A stretch of DNA of 64,000 nucleotides from Bacteroidia bacterium (GCA_965279035.1 CBDIHM010000003.1:86626-150625), one strand, 5' to 3'; positions 28,457-42,723 are shown, numbered from the stretch's first letter. Notes: generated by a model from the sequence alone, not told the origin. Numbers and translations are program-made.

Positions 28457-31400
28457 ATGGCATGTAAGGCTTGGCACCTGGCCCTGCTCGCGGCCTGCCT
28501 GCTGCACAGCACAGGGCTTGCGCAGAGGAGTTCGTCCGGGGGAACTGCCTCTTCGTCCCGTAGCGGGGGGTCCTTCCGGGCCACCGCACCGCCACCGCCG
28601 CGCGCCGGGTCCAGCAGCCGTGGGGAGGACAGCAACAGCGGCAGCGGCGGCTTTGTCACTACCTTGAGCGGCGGTATGTGCACACCTGCGCTTCTGATGT
28701 CACTCCCTGCACGCTCAGCTCTCCGCCTGTGAGCAGAGCCGCCTCTGTTTCCGCGGCAGCGCGCGCTGCAAGAACAAGTGCATTCCATCTGTTGGCCATC
28801 TGTTGGTACCAACGTTGCCGCCGCTTGCAGCCGCATGTAGTGTCTCATTTGATTTCAGTTGCATCAGAGTACCTGGCCCAGAAGCAGCCAAACTTGAGAC
28901 TGTGGCAGAGGAGGGCCTCTGAAACCTGCAGCAAGAAGCACAATGCTTCAGGAATGCTGCGCAGCCCTAATTGACAGTGTCCGTGCATGATGGCGCAATT
29001 CCGTCTAGCTCAGAAGCTGACTGTGGACATGTCCCTGCAGGGTCGTCCTCCAGGAGTAGCAGTGGGGGGACCAACAGCAACAGCGGGGGGTCCGCATTTG
29101 GGACCCTCTCGGGCAGTTCATCGTCAGCTGCTTCTTCTTCTTATGGGTCCTCCAGCCGTGGAGGCAGCAGCCAGGACTCCTCCTTCCCAGGGGGAGGCCT
29201 GTCCACCAGTGGCAGCAGTAAATCCCAGGACACTACTAGCACTTTGAGCAGCGGCAGCTCACAGTCTGCGGGCACTACCACCACGAAGACATCGGCGTCC
29301 CCTAGCACGGGCACATCGGCCCTGACAGATGGCACAACTTCAACCACAACAGCAGCAACCACTTCTGCCGCCAAGCTTGTTGGCACAGTCACCAGTACAA
29401 CCTCCACGTGAGGCACAGCTGTGTGGATGACACCCTCATGCCCAATGACGCTTTTCATACAGTGTTTTTGGTACACCTTGTGAGAAATATCCAGCACAAA
29501 TTCCGTGCATGCGTGTGAAGAGGCAGCTTATGATCCTGCTGCCATGCAGGAATCCGCACACCCAAGCAACTGGTGAGTTTGCCAGTAAATTAATTACCAT
29601 GTGTGGCTGCACTGGGCCAGGAGTGGATGTGGAGTCGGGGGTTTGACCAACTGCGGAGGTGGAAACTCCGATCCGGTGATGTATGGCTTTGCCGGCCGCG
29701 CCTTCAATTTCATGGGCGACTCCGGCAAGATCTACAACATCATCTCCACCCTTAACATCCAGGTGCGCACACCTGGCCGCACATGACTGCACATGCCTTC
29801 ACAGAAGTCACTCACAGCTCGCCAAGGCATCTGCTTGGCATGCGGTTTGCTGGCTTGATTTGAGGGCAAGCAAGAACAGTTATAACGTAACAAATGCAGC
29901 TGGAAATGCTGAATGCTGACTCTTTGCTGTTGCAGGTGTCAATGAAGCTGAAGCTAGCACAGATGTGGGACCATAACGGCACAAACATGGAGGTGCGCTC
30001 ACTCCCTGACATATTCGTGACAAAGACTGCTGCTTGAGGAACGCGTGCGCCCATGATTGTCAGAACTTTATGGATGGGAACGCACTGCAGTCTGCAGCAA
30101 CGAGAATGCAGCAACGATGAGCATGGACTGCTTTTGGGCAGGCAATTGGATTCATGTACCGGAACTACAAGGTGCTGGTTTCGCTGGACGCTAAGGAGGA
30201 CGTGGTCGGTGAGTACCCCTTAGTCACCCTAATTAGACAAAATGTCATCATTTTTCACAAGTAGTCAAATCGAAGCCGAGAAACATGGCAACAGCATAGA
30301 CAGGATTGTTGTGCATTACTGTATGCAGCATTCTTGGTGAGCCAGCTTGCGGGTGCATGCTGCAGAGAGTATCAGGAAGCCATCTAGCGTGTGCCGACAT
30401 GTGCTGGCATGTGTGCCCGCAGTGACGGCACAGGGGCGCACACTCAAGGTGAAGAACATGGCGAAGCACTACGCATGGCGGTTTGACGACGGTGCATATA
30501 TTCAGACGACATGGGAGCGCTACAAGCCGGGCCTGGGCAACACCGTCACCATTGAGACCGGTGCGCTGCAAATCTGTATCTGACAATTTGACCCAATCTG
30601 ACATATCTGACACCTTCTGACTCGTGAGAATCCACAGTATATAGCCTGCTCTTTCCATGCCTTCATGCCTGGTTGGCAGAGTGGAAAGGAGAGCCAACAA
30701 GGCGGACACAGGCCATTCCATTTTTCGAGCACTGTGGCGCGTAGTGATGGTTGCTTTTCAGGCTTGTTGGCTGTGCCACGGGATGTGTGGTCTACCATGC
30801 TGAACAACCCAAAAGGCAGACAACTTCATGCTGGGGACTGCAGCAAAGCATAGGACTTGATGGTTGCACTCCTGCTGTGCAGTACTGCTTGTAGTGCTCA
30901 GCTGAATTCCTTGTGTGTGCAGATGTGTTGAAGATGACCATCTGGCAGACGCCGGCCGGTATTGTGGACGAGGGTGGCATGATCCTGGGAGCCTGGCTCA
31001 ACTTTGGGCTCAGCCTGGAAACGCCTCCGGCCAATGGCCTCATGCATGTGCGCGGCGCTGTTTATTTTTTGCCTGTCTTCAATCAATGACAAATGTCTGG
31101 AATGCCATGTGGCTTTGTAGAATGGGGACACAGTAGTGGCTCCAACTCAAGAGTGGGATCTCCAGTCCCTCGTGAAGCAAAGTGACCCACAAGCCGAACC
31201 TAGGAATGACCAAGTTGGCCGACTGGGGGGCAGTTTCGCTTGCGCTGTCTGGGGGAAAGCAGTGCCAAGAAACAGCTCGGCAGTTCGTTTGCAGGACCCT
31301 GTATGGCTTCAGCGTTGGCAGGCATACACGAAAGATTCAGTGGCAAGCTGACACGGCAAGTTGACATGGTTCCAGGGGATCGTGGGCGGGACTTATGACC

Positions 31401-31921
31401 GCTTCATAATGGGCGAGACGGCCGTCAGCGACCCAAAGAGCCAGCTCTACCTGCCTCCTGATGTGAGCACCTCCCTTGCGTAATATCTGCTTGTACAGTT
31501 CATAGATGAGCATCAAAGCGGAGTATTGCATGCAGCAAGGAGGACAGGTTTTGGTCCCGCGCAGATGGCCCTACAAGGGTGGCACTTATGCGATGTCTCT
31601 TTTACGATTTCATGGATGACACTGCTCGTGACATCTGCACTGCATAGTTAATGGTGCCGCAGATGACATCAGCGGCTTTGCTGAGGTGGATGTGTTTGGC
31701 AGGGGGCGTTCCACGGCCGGTACAAGGAGGAGGAATATGAGATGGCGGACCATTGGGACACCACCTTCAGGGCGAACCTGTTCGGGGTCCAAAACCCCTT
31801 TTCCCAGACGCAGCAGCAGGGGCGGTCAAATCTGGAGATCGACGCGCCTCAGGGGCCGTTCCCAGCTTTTGCCCGCGCATGCTTCCTCTGCGCGGCCACA
31901 CCCTCTGGCCACACTTTCTGA
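28457..31921 (+). CDS. Secreted Gly/Ser/Thr-rich protein with C-terminal root-cap/LEA-related (VWD-like) domain, copy 1
   Basis: Signal peptide MACKAWHLALLAACLLHSTGLA; low-complexity G/S/T stalk; NSDPVMYGFAGRAFNFMG...IYNIIS; GIVGGTYDRF; ends ARACFLCAATPSGHTF*. Confidence 0.75.
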
Positions 31922-34713
31922 AGCATTTTTTAAATCTTTTTTGGCACTGCCCTTCCTTCAGTGCTGTCTATTTTTAGCACTGTCACTGTGGAAGAAAGCC
32001 ATACGCAGATGTGATGGATGCTTAGTTTCCAACCTCTTCATTCTTTCCCTGGATAGTCATGGGAAGCATGGGTGGCACATCCTGCAGCCGTGCAATTTGT
32101 CCTGCGGCAAAGGAAGTTATGTGGTTTCACTGATCTTTTGGTTCAGGCATATTTCGAAGTCTTGGTGAAGCATTGAATGCACCTTGGGGTCATTGCTGAT
32201 CAGGCTGAGAATGCTGCATTTTTCCAAGTAGAATGCGGATCATGAGGCTTGATCAGCAGGCGTTGCACAAAGGCATTGAAGGCCATTGCTTCAAACCTTT
32301 TGCAACGGGACCTTTCTTGGTTGTTGGCACATCCTCAGGTTCATAACTGTATTATTGGGGTATGTGGGCCAGTGCAGAAGTTGGTGTTGTGCAGCTTCAG
32401 ATTGGACATGTTTTACTCAAGCTGCTGCCATGTGTGTGGCCGCCAGCTGATAAAGGAAGTGAGTTTCCTTGACATTCTTGAGAATACCGTAGCACCGTGC
32501 ATCTTGCCTTTCTTTACTGAGAGGGTGTGGTCGCTTATTTATTGGCAGTTCACCAGGCAAATTATGTGACAGGTTGATTGTTTGGTGACAGCAATGTTAC
32601 TGTACATCTCGATTGGATTTGCCTTGTGCGCTGCTGCTAAATGATTGCCAATGACATTGACAAATTGCCATGTATTGGCAGAGTACTTCACTTCAATGCA
32701 CGTTGTTCTGTTGGAGCTGCTTCTAAACTGATACTATCTAACTGATAGTATCAGGACGATTTTGAAGAACTTGCAGCCTGCATTTTAAGTGCCTGCGACT
32801 TGGCTGCACAGTACCTTGTAAGCATATTCAGGCTGCCAGCTGGATTTCTTAAGGCTGCCCCCTTTTTACATTGCTCTTGAGCCATGGCCAGGAATTGACT
32901 GCAATTAATTCTGTGAGCAGGCCACATGGCCACTCCAGCAGGATGTCACTGTTGGAAACCATTTGTGGCAGCTGCAGTGCATTTTGTGCACTTCCACTTG
33001 ATGCAGTGATCAACAGTCATAGCATGGATTGTTCAACAAAAACCCCTCAGGCCATGGCAGCAAAGATGTGCACACTCCCATACTATTATCAGAAGGGCTG
33101 TGCTGGGAGTGACACTCAGGCAGAGCTGCCTGCAGCCTGCTATACTGAATTGCCCCAAGGGCATGCGCCCCACAATGCCAAGAAGCAGTACAATAGAATC
33201 TACCCGAAGCTAACACTGCCGAATGCATGCAAGGATCATCTGATGCTGCAGCAAAGAAATTTGCTGGTCAGCCAGCTGGCTGCAGCCAGCAGAGGTGAGT
33301 CTTGGAGAACCGTACAGAGCAAAACTACATGCAGAACCAGGCTCAATCCTTGGCACAAGACTCATATATGCGGACAGGGTTATCTGTCATGATTTGTTAA
33401 GCAGATCTGCAGGAGTTTTGCTATATCTCCGCACAGCAATCAGAGATGTAAAAACCTCCTTTTATTTAGACGTTTGCTGACTTACTTCATTAACCAGCTT
33501 TAAGAACCTTCAGTCGCTACAATACGTAAAAGAAACGAGATCAAGCCTGGGAGAGCTCCTGAACCAAGCAGCAGGCTCGAAACAGGCGTCATCCCGACTT
33601 TTTTTTACCGATCATATGAGGGTGCTGTCCACATGTTGCTGCTTGGTCATACACGCATCTTTACCAAGCAACAGGTGAGAAATTAGCAGGCACTGAAGTG
33701 TTGTATCGGGCTGTGCGCTTGAAGCTATTCAAGCCCTGTGCTCAACATCCTGGACCAGGGCTTTGGAACAGGGTTGATATCGAATATATTGAGGAGGGCT
33801 TTTGAGGGTTCCGCTAATCTTAGGGACAGAAAGGGGATTGCAGACGATCAAACTGATCAAAGCGATGACTGACAGAGCGCGTCCTGATGAATCATTGTGA
33901 AGTTCGAGCTGCTCTAAGAGGTCACCGACACCTCGGTTCAAGCAAATTCGCGATCTTCAAGCAGGATCAAGCACCACAAAGTCCTGGAATTCAGTGCTCA
34001 CAGCCTAGAAGTAGGACTTTGAGAGGGATCCACGGAGAGTGTAGCAGCAGGAGGCTGAAGGGTCGGAGCAGTCTTTGGCAACGAACAGTGACCGGCAGCA
34101 AAGTAAAAGCCGGAGAATCAGTGAGCGGCAGTCCATAGGTGACTTCTATGTACTTTGACAGATCGCTAGCGCATCAGAAATCCCGCAGTGTTATTCTTGG
34201 GTGGAGAGTTGGTTCCGGAAGCGCATGGTGACCACTGCGGTGGGGATGGGCAACGTCAGCAGTGGCTGATGCCTCCTTCGTGCAGATACCACATTCGATG
34301 TGGCCCTCAGTAGCTGTTTCACAGCGTGGTCAGCCTCGTCAAGCTTGCTCAAGCTGAGGCGGTGACTTGAAAGTGCAAACGATCGGCCTTTTGTCACCGC
34401 TGCGGTTGAACGCACCGCGGAGACGTGGATAAAACTCTCGTTGCTAGGTGTTTCTTAGCGCTATTACGCAATTCCATCGCGGGTATAGCGCTAGGGTGCG
34501 GGTACACAAGCTGCAAAGCCGACTTCCTGCTGCTGAGCGAGCACGAGAGAGTTCTGTGTGATGCTCTGGGTCCCAGATAGCTGCACGAACACTCCAGCTG
34601 GTGTCATTCCTGAAGGACCAGGTCGATGTGACCATCTACATCAGGACTCAGCTCCTGTAAGCAGGGCAACGAACTCAAAGGCACTGCTGATCTGCTGCGC
34701 AGGAAGAGACCAG

Positions 34714-37700
34714 ATGTCCAGCAGGGCCTGGCAGATAGGCCTGCTGGCGTTCTGCCTGCTGATAGCCACAGCCAATGGACAGAGCAGGGGGGAGGCAGCA
34801 GCCGGGGGTGGCACAATGGGAGGCGGTGGAGCTAGAGGGGGGTACAGGACCCCCCCAGCCCCCAGATACGGCAGCAGTGGCAGCAGTGACGACAGGGGCA
34901 GCACCGGCGGCTTTGTGACAACTCTCAGCGGAGGTGCGCGCATTCTCCACCTAATCTTTAGACTGCTCAGTGCATGCCGCACGCTCTGATCGAGCGCCCT
35001 TGATGCCAAACCTGCAAGCAGCCTTCTGAGCCCAGCTGCGCAGAAAGATCGCCACCGTCCGTGCCTGTCTCTCCTCCATAAATCAGCTCTGCCCTACACG
35101 GCGCACTGGAGTGCTCGGAAGTTCAGTCGATCGTCCACTAGATGAGGCAAGGTGTGACTTGAGTGAAACTTGTAGCTGAAGCCTGTGTCCATGCTTTGGC
35201 ATGCAGGTGGCGCCACATCCGCAAGGGGCACCACTTCTGGAAGTGGAAGTGGCAGCGGCTTTGCAACCACTTCTGCTGGCCTGACATCCGGCGGCACCCG
35301 CGCCGGAACATTAGGTTCATCAGGTTCATCAGGTGAACTACTTCGCCGCCCAGCCTCGCCTGCATTGACTCAGAGGATCAAACAGCACCCAGGCGCCTTG
35401 TGCATGCCACCCTGAGTGGCTTGTGGCGCACTGTCCAAGCATAAACAGCTCTGCCAGATACTAGTTATCCGCACATTCATGTGTGACAGAGAAAATAGGT
35501 GCTGACCGGTCGGGGGCGTTGCCTTTTGCAGGCACATCAGGCGGCACATCGGGCGGCAGCTCGGGTGGGACGCTGGGAGGATCTTTCGGCGGCGTGTCTG
35601 GCGGGCAGGCCACGGGGAATTCTGGGTCCTTCAGCGCCGGCAACAGCGGGGGGTCCGGAAGCGCCGGAACCACCACCGGGGGGTCCACTTCCTCCTCGTC
35701 CTCAGGTACAGCCTCGGCACGTCTTCAAAGATTGCGCAGAGTTCACAATCTTTTCACTAAATTGGTTCCAGAAACTAAATGAGGAGGCTCCTTGGTTGCC
35801 ATTACACAGTGGGGGTGTCACCAGAGTTGTCAGAGTCTCCGAGCACCTTGATAGCCTGCAAATTAACAAGCATCTCCGCTATGCTTCAAGACTGGAGCCC
35901 ATTGCTGTTGAAGCCTCTTCATTTTCCTGGGAAAGGTCAGGAAGATGTGATTCTCAAGGCATCACATTGTATTGCGCAGGTACATTCTCTCAGACGCGGG
36001 GGTCCGGCACTGCCACCACCACTACGGGCACCACCGGGAGGGCTGACACCACCCCAGCCACGACCACCACCACCGCACCCGGGGGGACATCCGCTGTCAT
36101 CTCTGGCGGCACTGCCACGTGCGTTCCCTCTCCCTCCCTTGAAGTCTTATCATGCTCTCTTCCATGCTACCAAGTGGGACTTTATGCCCTTGGTTTGAGA
36201 GAATCTTCTCCTCATGTGTGTGAGCTCCCGCTGGATTTCGTCATGCCAGATGCCCGGTGGATGGAGTACAAAGATTGTGCTCCTACTTGCAGTCGCCGAC
36301 CCTCAGACTAGCAGCACACTGCCAGCAAGTGCACTCAACAACAAAAAATAATGCCTGTCGGTGAGCTCATGGCATTGCAATCGTGCTGCTGTCTTCAAGA
36401 AGGAGTTCTGACACGATTGGCGCCTGTGAAACAGTGCGGCGACGTGCGGAGTGGACGGCAACCCGGCATGCGCGGGCGGCAACTCCGATCCCGTAATGTA
36501 CGGATTCGCGGGCCGCTCCTTCAACTTCATGGGCGAGGTCGGCAAGATCTACAGCATCATCTCCACGCAGACCCTGCAGGTGCGTGCTCAGGTTGCTTTG
36601 ATTTTGAACTCTGGAAGGCTGCACTGTGGCCAGAGCTGTGTGCATCTCAATCTGAGCACGCAGCCCTGGCCGCGTGCTGAGAGTGAGATGCAGACATGAC
36701 CCGTTGCTGTCCAGAGAAACTGAAGAGATAGTGGTGGATTCCTGAATCCAAATGGCTTTGGGTGTTGCTGCCCTGGGTGTTGCTGTTTTGTCTAGGGCTG
36801 TCAGGCACCAATTGCAGGAGAGTCAGTCCTATCATGAGGGCAGAGTGTCAAAGTCTTCAATATGAGCGCTGCGGCTGATGTGGCGGCTGGTGTGACTGGC
36901 GCAGGTGTCGATGAAGCTGAAGCTGGCCAAGATGTGGGACCATGAGGGCACCAACATGGAGGCCATCGCGTTCATGTACCGCACCTACAAGGTCCTCATC
37001 GCCCTCGATGACAACCAGGAAATGACCGGTGCGCGCCCCTTTCTTATCCCTTCGAACCCCCTGCAATGATCAGTCTGCTGGCCTGTGCATGCAAGACTTC
37101 AACGCCACAGTTTGATCCTGCAGGAGTATCCTCCTATTTATTTTCTGCCCATGCATTCACTCAGGCGAGCAAGGCGTATCTGGAAGTGATTTGAGGCGAG
37201 TCGAATGGGTTTGTTTGCTGCCTTGCTGCTTATCATGCCAGCGCTGCACAGCATGCATGCCCTTGTGCTGCTCGTGCTTTCCAGCAGGCTTTAAAAATGA
37301 AGATTGAGCATACCTGGTGTGCTGTCTGTTATGTCTGAAAATGGCGGCTGATTGGACTATGTTGTGTGTGCGCGCAGTGTCGCTGCAGGGCAAGGTGCTG
37401 AAGGAAAAGAAGACAGCGCAGCACCACGCATGGCGCTTTGAGAACGGCGCATACATCGAGACTGTGTGGGACAAGTACAAGCCTGGCCTGGGCAACACTG
37501 TCACCGTCACCACTGGTGAGTAATGCCTGCTACCTGCACCTGCCTGCACCTGCCCGCGCACTCCTCCTTCTTTCATGCTGTACTGTCAAAAGCATCATGA
37601 CCTACTTATGGTAGTTTGCATTGGGCATGGCGGCCAGCTCATCCGGGATTTTCACATCCTCTCCCCTGCTTGCATGCCTCCTGAAGCGTCACTTTTGGAA

Positions 37701-38733
37701 GTTCCGGTGCTCCCAGTATTTATAGGCGTTGAGCTTATGTGCTGAGTGGGCTGATGTGTGCAGATGTGCTCCGGATGACCATCTGGCAGACACCTGCTGG
37801 CATTGTGGATGAGGGCGGCGTTGTGCTCCCCTCTTGGCTCAACTTTGGCATCACCCTCCTGGGACCCCCCGCCAATGGCATCATGCAGGTGAGACCCCTC
37901 TGCCGCTCTCCCACTTGTCTTATATAATGCACTGATTGCTGCAATCATATTCATGATTGTCCTCTCAGTGAGGATGCCCCCAGCTGTAAGGAATGCCGTT
38001 AGTATGGAAGCCACCTCTCAAAATGCAGATTCGATACCTATTTATAGTCTCTTTGAGGCTGTCTCTTAGCCAGGTCCTGTACAGCTGCCAAATGTCTTCT
38101 CTACAGAGTGCTGACTGGTGCATTGTTCTTATCTGCAGGGCATTGTGGGAGGAACCTATGACCGCTACTTGGAGGGCGAGTCTGCTGTCAGCAAGCCCGA
38201 GAGCCAGCTGTACCTCCCACCTGATGTAAGCAACCCTCATCCTTCCTCTTGCACGCTTATCCCTGCCCAGATCAGGTTTTTTGCCATGTCATGCCTTCAT
38301 ACCTAGCAGGCTTAGCCTCCTCTTGGAAGCATTTTCTGAGCAAGCCTGTCATTCTCTGCTACCAAGAGAATGCACTGCTTCCCGCCAGGAGTCATTTTGC
38401 ACCCAAGAACACCACTGCTGACTTGTGCAATAGAGATTGCCAGAAATGTGTCCAATATGCAAGATTCAGAAGAATGTTGGGAGCAAGTAAGCTGACAGGC
38501 ATGTGCCGGCATGTGTGCAGGACGCGTTCCACGGCAAGTTCAAGCAGGAGGAGTACGAGATGAAGGACTTCTGGGACACCAATTTCCCGGCCAACCTCTT
38601 CGGCATCAACTCACCCGAGATCAAGGAGCGCTCCAGCCTGGAGGATGACACCAATCAGGCGGTGTTCCCTGTCTTTGCGCGCGCATGCTTCCTCTGCGAC
38701 CAGACACCCTCCGGCCAGAGCCACACCTTCTGA
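34714..38733 (+). CDS. Secreted Gly/Ser/Thr-rich protein with root-cap/VWD-like domain, copy 2 (tandem paralog)
   Basis: Signal peptide MSSRAWQIGLLAFCLLIATANG; NSDPVMYGFAGRSFNFMG; YKPGLGNTVT; MTIWQTPAGIVDEGG; matching intron positions in the domain; ends ARACFLCDQTPSGQSHTF*. Confidence 0.75.
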
Positions 38734-41531
38734 GGTGTTGCCTCTGCTGTTTTCGAACCTGCTTTTGATTTCCGCAAACGTAGCTCTCTTTGGAGAGCGT
38801 GTGCCTGCAACACTTTCCAGGCAGCCGCTCGTCTCACCATAGCAGTTTGCACAGAGCCAGGGAATGCCAGGGCTTTGTGACAATAAGTGAACTGGGATGG
38901 ATGTGGTCATAATGCAGCAAGTCATAGCACCCGTGCATACTGTGATGTTTAGTACTAAACTAGTGCACTAGTGCTGAAGTCCAGTCCTGGAGAGACTTGT
39001 GGGTGTCTGCAAGTTGCTTTGCAATAGTAATGCAGTCGCGAGGGATGGCAGAATGTTCCCCATTACTGATGTGTGATTCCGACAGCGTGGGAAGTACATG
39101 GAATGAGAACGGCACACAGTGCCACCGATGAGTTGTACTTCCTTCTTTCAAGTCCAATAGGATGGCACTAGTCCATGGAGTAATAATAGCTTGGAGACTG
39201 GCAAGATGCTGACTGTCATGTGTCCTTTGGTGTACCATCACGGACTGTGGTGCAATTTGTTTGCAAGAATGGAAGATGGGAAGCTCGTGTCGGAGCAGTG
39301 ACACCGAGGCTTTCAGTGACAGTGGTGTTCTTTGCATGCTTGCAAATGACAGTAGGATTTCATTAGCTGATGAAATGGATGTAAGTTCACCGTTTTGCCA
39401 TCAATCATCCTGTGTCCATTGCACTTTTAATCGCACTGATTAACTAGCACCGACACTGCTGCATAGTGGCTGCATCACACCGCCGATCCCCTGGTCAAGG
39501 GGCCTCATATTCAACATCCAGCAAAATTTGTGATTATTGCTCACATTGCTCTGACACCCTAGCTCAAAAATCAGGTGTTCGTTATTGCTCTTCTGTTGCC
39601 AAAGATTACATGGTTTGTTGTTTTGCAGTATGTATGTGGCACATACTATGTGCTCAGGGAGCCAAGCTGTATAAGTAGCGCAGGTGCAGCGTCTAATCTG
39701 CTATGGGCACATGACTGGCTGTCACCCGAGTTGCGCATTTGAGTGGCCCCACGCCTGCTGGTGTCAAATGCTAATGGCTAATGGGACACCAGAAGCAGTA
39801 CAGAATACTGTGACCCTCAGAGCACAGATGCACAGGTGCCCAGGATCACTCACTGGGGCAGGAACATTCTTGGCAAATCAAATAGGCCAACCTTTCCATC
39901 CTCGATAGAGTGCAGCCAGACTCTGAGAGCAGATGGAAAACACAGCAGCTCTATCACGTCGGTGGCCGCCTCTTCTGCAGTTTTTCTGAAGCTGCAACCC
40001 TGTGCAGTCATTCAAGTAAGCTTACTGTCCCAATTTTGACCAATTACAACTGTTGGTGCCTTCTCCGCCTGAAACCTCATCGGAAGGAGGCCGCATCGAC
40101 ACAGTGATCCTCACCGTGCTGGTTGTGCTTGTTGTCGAGCAGTACCGCTACCCATATTTGTGACTCCAGTAGACAAAAGGTAAGCCGCCGTGATGATGCT
40201 AATGCCATAAGTCACAGCGCAGATGATTTTCGACTTGCGATTGTCCTCATCGTCAGGGTGCCTTCGCAAGTGCGAAATGATATTGTTGAGGACGTTTTCC
40301 GACATATTGGACCCTTAAATGGGATGAAATATCCCTCTTTCAGCTTGCAAGTCCAACGATGGCCGGCAAGCAGTCCACTTGAACTGTCCCGTGTAAACGT
40401 CCAAATTCTGTCGTTTCCCAATCCAAAGCGTCAAGGGGTCACCTACCCTCAAAACTGGACTCAAAACCCCGAGTGAAAAATGTTTTGGTAGCTTTTCATT
40501 GTATCATCGCATCTCATAGTCACTGGCAGCCTTTGAGGATGGTGTTGCACGTTCCTTCAATTGGGGTTGACCCTGCAGAATAGCATATATGTCTGTCCAC
40601 TTCTTGTGCACTGCTGCCACTGAATTCATCGAAGCACAGAGAGCCCCACACATAGATAACAATAAAAGGGCCCATGCAAACCCACCTGAGGAGCCTCTGC
40701 ATTCCCCTGGGCCCATGTTATGGGCTGTGCGCATATCTCACTGCCGCAGCTGGTCATGCGCATGTAGTGCATGCCATCATTATAATCATACCTAGCACTG
40801 CTTTTGGCAATAGATATTGCAGACATTTTACATGCCGTGCTATAAATGTGGAGTCAGTTTGGCGGCATACATTCCCTGTCCTGTACAAAAGTTGAGTGTC
40901 CTCTCACAGAACAATGCATGCAACAGAACTCCTCGATACAAGCAGCCAAAGCTCGGCCAGCAAGAGCCACTCAACGCTTTCAACAAGAGGCAGCGTCAAA
41001 TCAAATAGTGAAACGACTGCCGGACAGTAAAAGCAACGGGTCTGTTCAAGAATGTGCACATGCAGTTTTCTTTTCACAGCTGTCAGGAGTCATGTCATTA
41101 AATCCGTCTTTGCTGCCAACAAAGATATTTCATACTTGGCACAGAAAGTGCAAGAATTCAGCAGTGTGGAGCTACTTGCAGCTGCTAGTGCAAGCGGCTC
41201 TGCTGTGCTCACCCTGCCTCAACCCGGCTCCAGTTTTGCAGTCACACACTTCAACCCACCCCTCCCCACTGCCATGGACAGCTGCACTGTGCTCTGTCCA
41301 GTTCCCCGCAAAACTGTGGAAGAACAGCCAACAAAGATGTGCCTCCCTGCTGGCCTGTGCTGCTACAAGACTGCCTGCTGCTGCGGACCTCTGTCTCCCT
41401 GCACCCCTCTCCACCTGGCAAGTGTGTCTGCGTGCTGAGGCACAGGTACAGGGGCGCTTGACCAGCCCAGTAATCTGTGCTGCCTTCTAAGCGCTGGCAG
41501 CAGTGTGGCGGCTGCGGAGCAGCTCGGCGCA

Positions 41532-42723
41532 TCACTTGGCGGGCGTCGACCGAAGCCTGGTGCGGCGCGGGCTTGCGGGCGGCGCGGGGGTTTTCGCCGC
41601 TGCAGGGGTCTTGGGAGCCCCCGGGGTTTTGGGCGGCCGGCCAGGCCCCTGTATACCAAATAGAAGTTTGTCAGGATGTGTGGGCAAGGAGCTGTCACAA
41701 GCTTATGTGGACTTTGACTCAGCTGCACAAATCTGTAGCTACTGAGCAGCTGCAGCTTGCAACAGAAGCTGCGTTCCTACTTCCTGAGCAACAGTGAAGG
41801 AACAGACCACTCACTTTCGTCGCACCCAACGTAATTCAAATTGTATAGAGCAACAGATCTTGTGCTGATGAAGCTTTCTCCTCACGACTGCAAGCATTCG
41901 AGTGCACGCAAGCTGAGTCACTGATGCAGGGTGTTGCAACTGCTTGCGCACCCGCTTTATGACTGCTTCTACTACTGGTGTAGCAACGTCATTCGCAATC
42001 GCAGCAACCTCTTTCTTGACGCTCTTCACAGACACTGGAGTTTTAGGCTCCTTCTCCTGCAACATTTCAGAGGACTTGCTTTCATGCAAGCTAAGGAACA
42101 GAGTGATGCAAAACAACTAGCACATACTATTACTTTGGTCCTGCTGAAAGATAATAGTCTTCTTTAAATAAATAAAGCATGGAATGGAGTCTCAAATTTT
42201 TGAAGTAACAACGTCAGCAACACATCTGGAGCATTCTTCCCACAGTAAGACAAGCGCTGCAGAAGGTATATTTGCGAGAAAACATGGGCAAATGAATCAG
42301 AATTAATCTGCAGCGTTGCAGCAGACTCTGAGGGTGGGCCTCACCTTCTCAGCTGGTTTTGCAGTTTTTGGGGTACCATAGCCTGTTGGAGACGCTAAAT
42401 CGTCGGGGCTCCACCTTGCAACTGACTTTCGCGACCTATACATCATCAAGTATCTTGAGTCTGCTGCAATTTGGACATGGGTCCGTGTACGCCGAAACAT
42501 CCGTCCCTTCCATGAGAAGAAAATCTGCTGCGCACCTGGTAGATCTCCTGACTGTCTGGCCGTCTATGCTGGTCACGTACTCTGTGCCCCCCGGTCCTGA
42601 CCCTGCAATCTTCTTCCTTCTGAGCACGTAGAGTGTAACGACAGTGATGGCGACCACTATCAGACCAAGCACTGCAGGAAGGAGAACATCCTTCTCAACG
42701 GATAAGTAAGCCTTGAGAGCCAT
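41532..42723 (-). CDS. Small (~166 aa) single-pass membrane protein with basic S/T-P-rich tail and AT-hook-like motif
   Basis: Four in-phase GT-AG exons: TM VLLPAVLGLIVVAITVVTLYVL followed by RRKK; VRRSTR|SRKSVARW; EKEPKTP...IKR|GPGRPPKTPGAPKTPAAAKTPAPPASPRRTRLRSTPAK*. Confidence 0.7.

Noticed and set aside
29550-29572. Apparent micro-exon (tgcag|23 nt|gtgagt) in secreted protein copy 1
   Set aside because: 23 nt would shift the frame, and the flanking exons already join in phase without it.
28387-35688. Long antisense ORFs over the Gly/Ser-rich exons
   Set aside because: Shadow ORFs caused by GC-rich low-complexity codons on the coding strand.
40111-40734. Two short hydrophobic minus-strand ORFs
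   Set aside because: No consistent gene model or recognisable domain.
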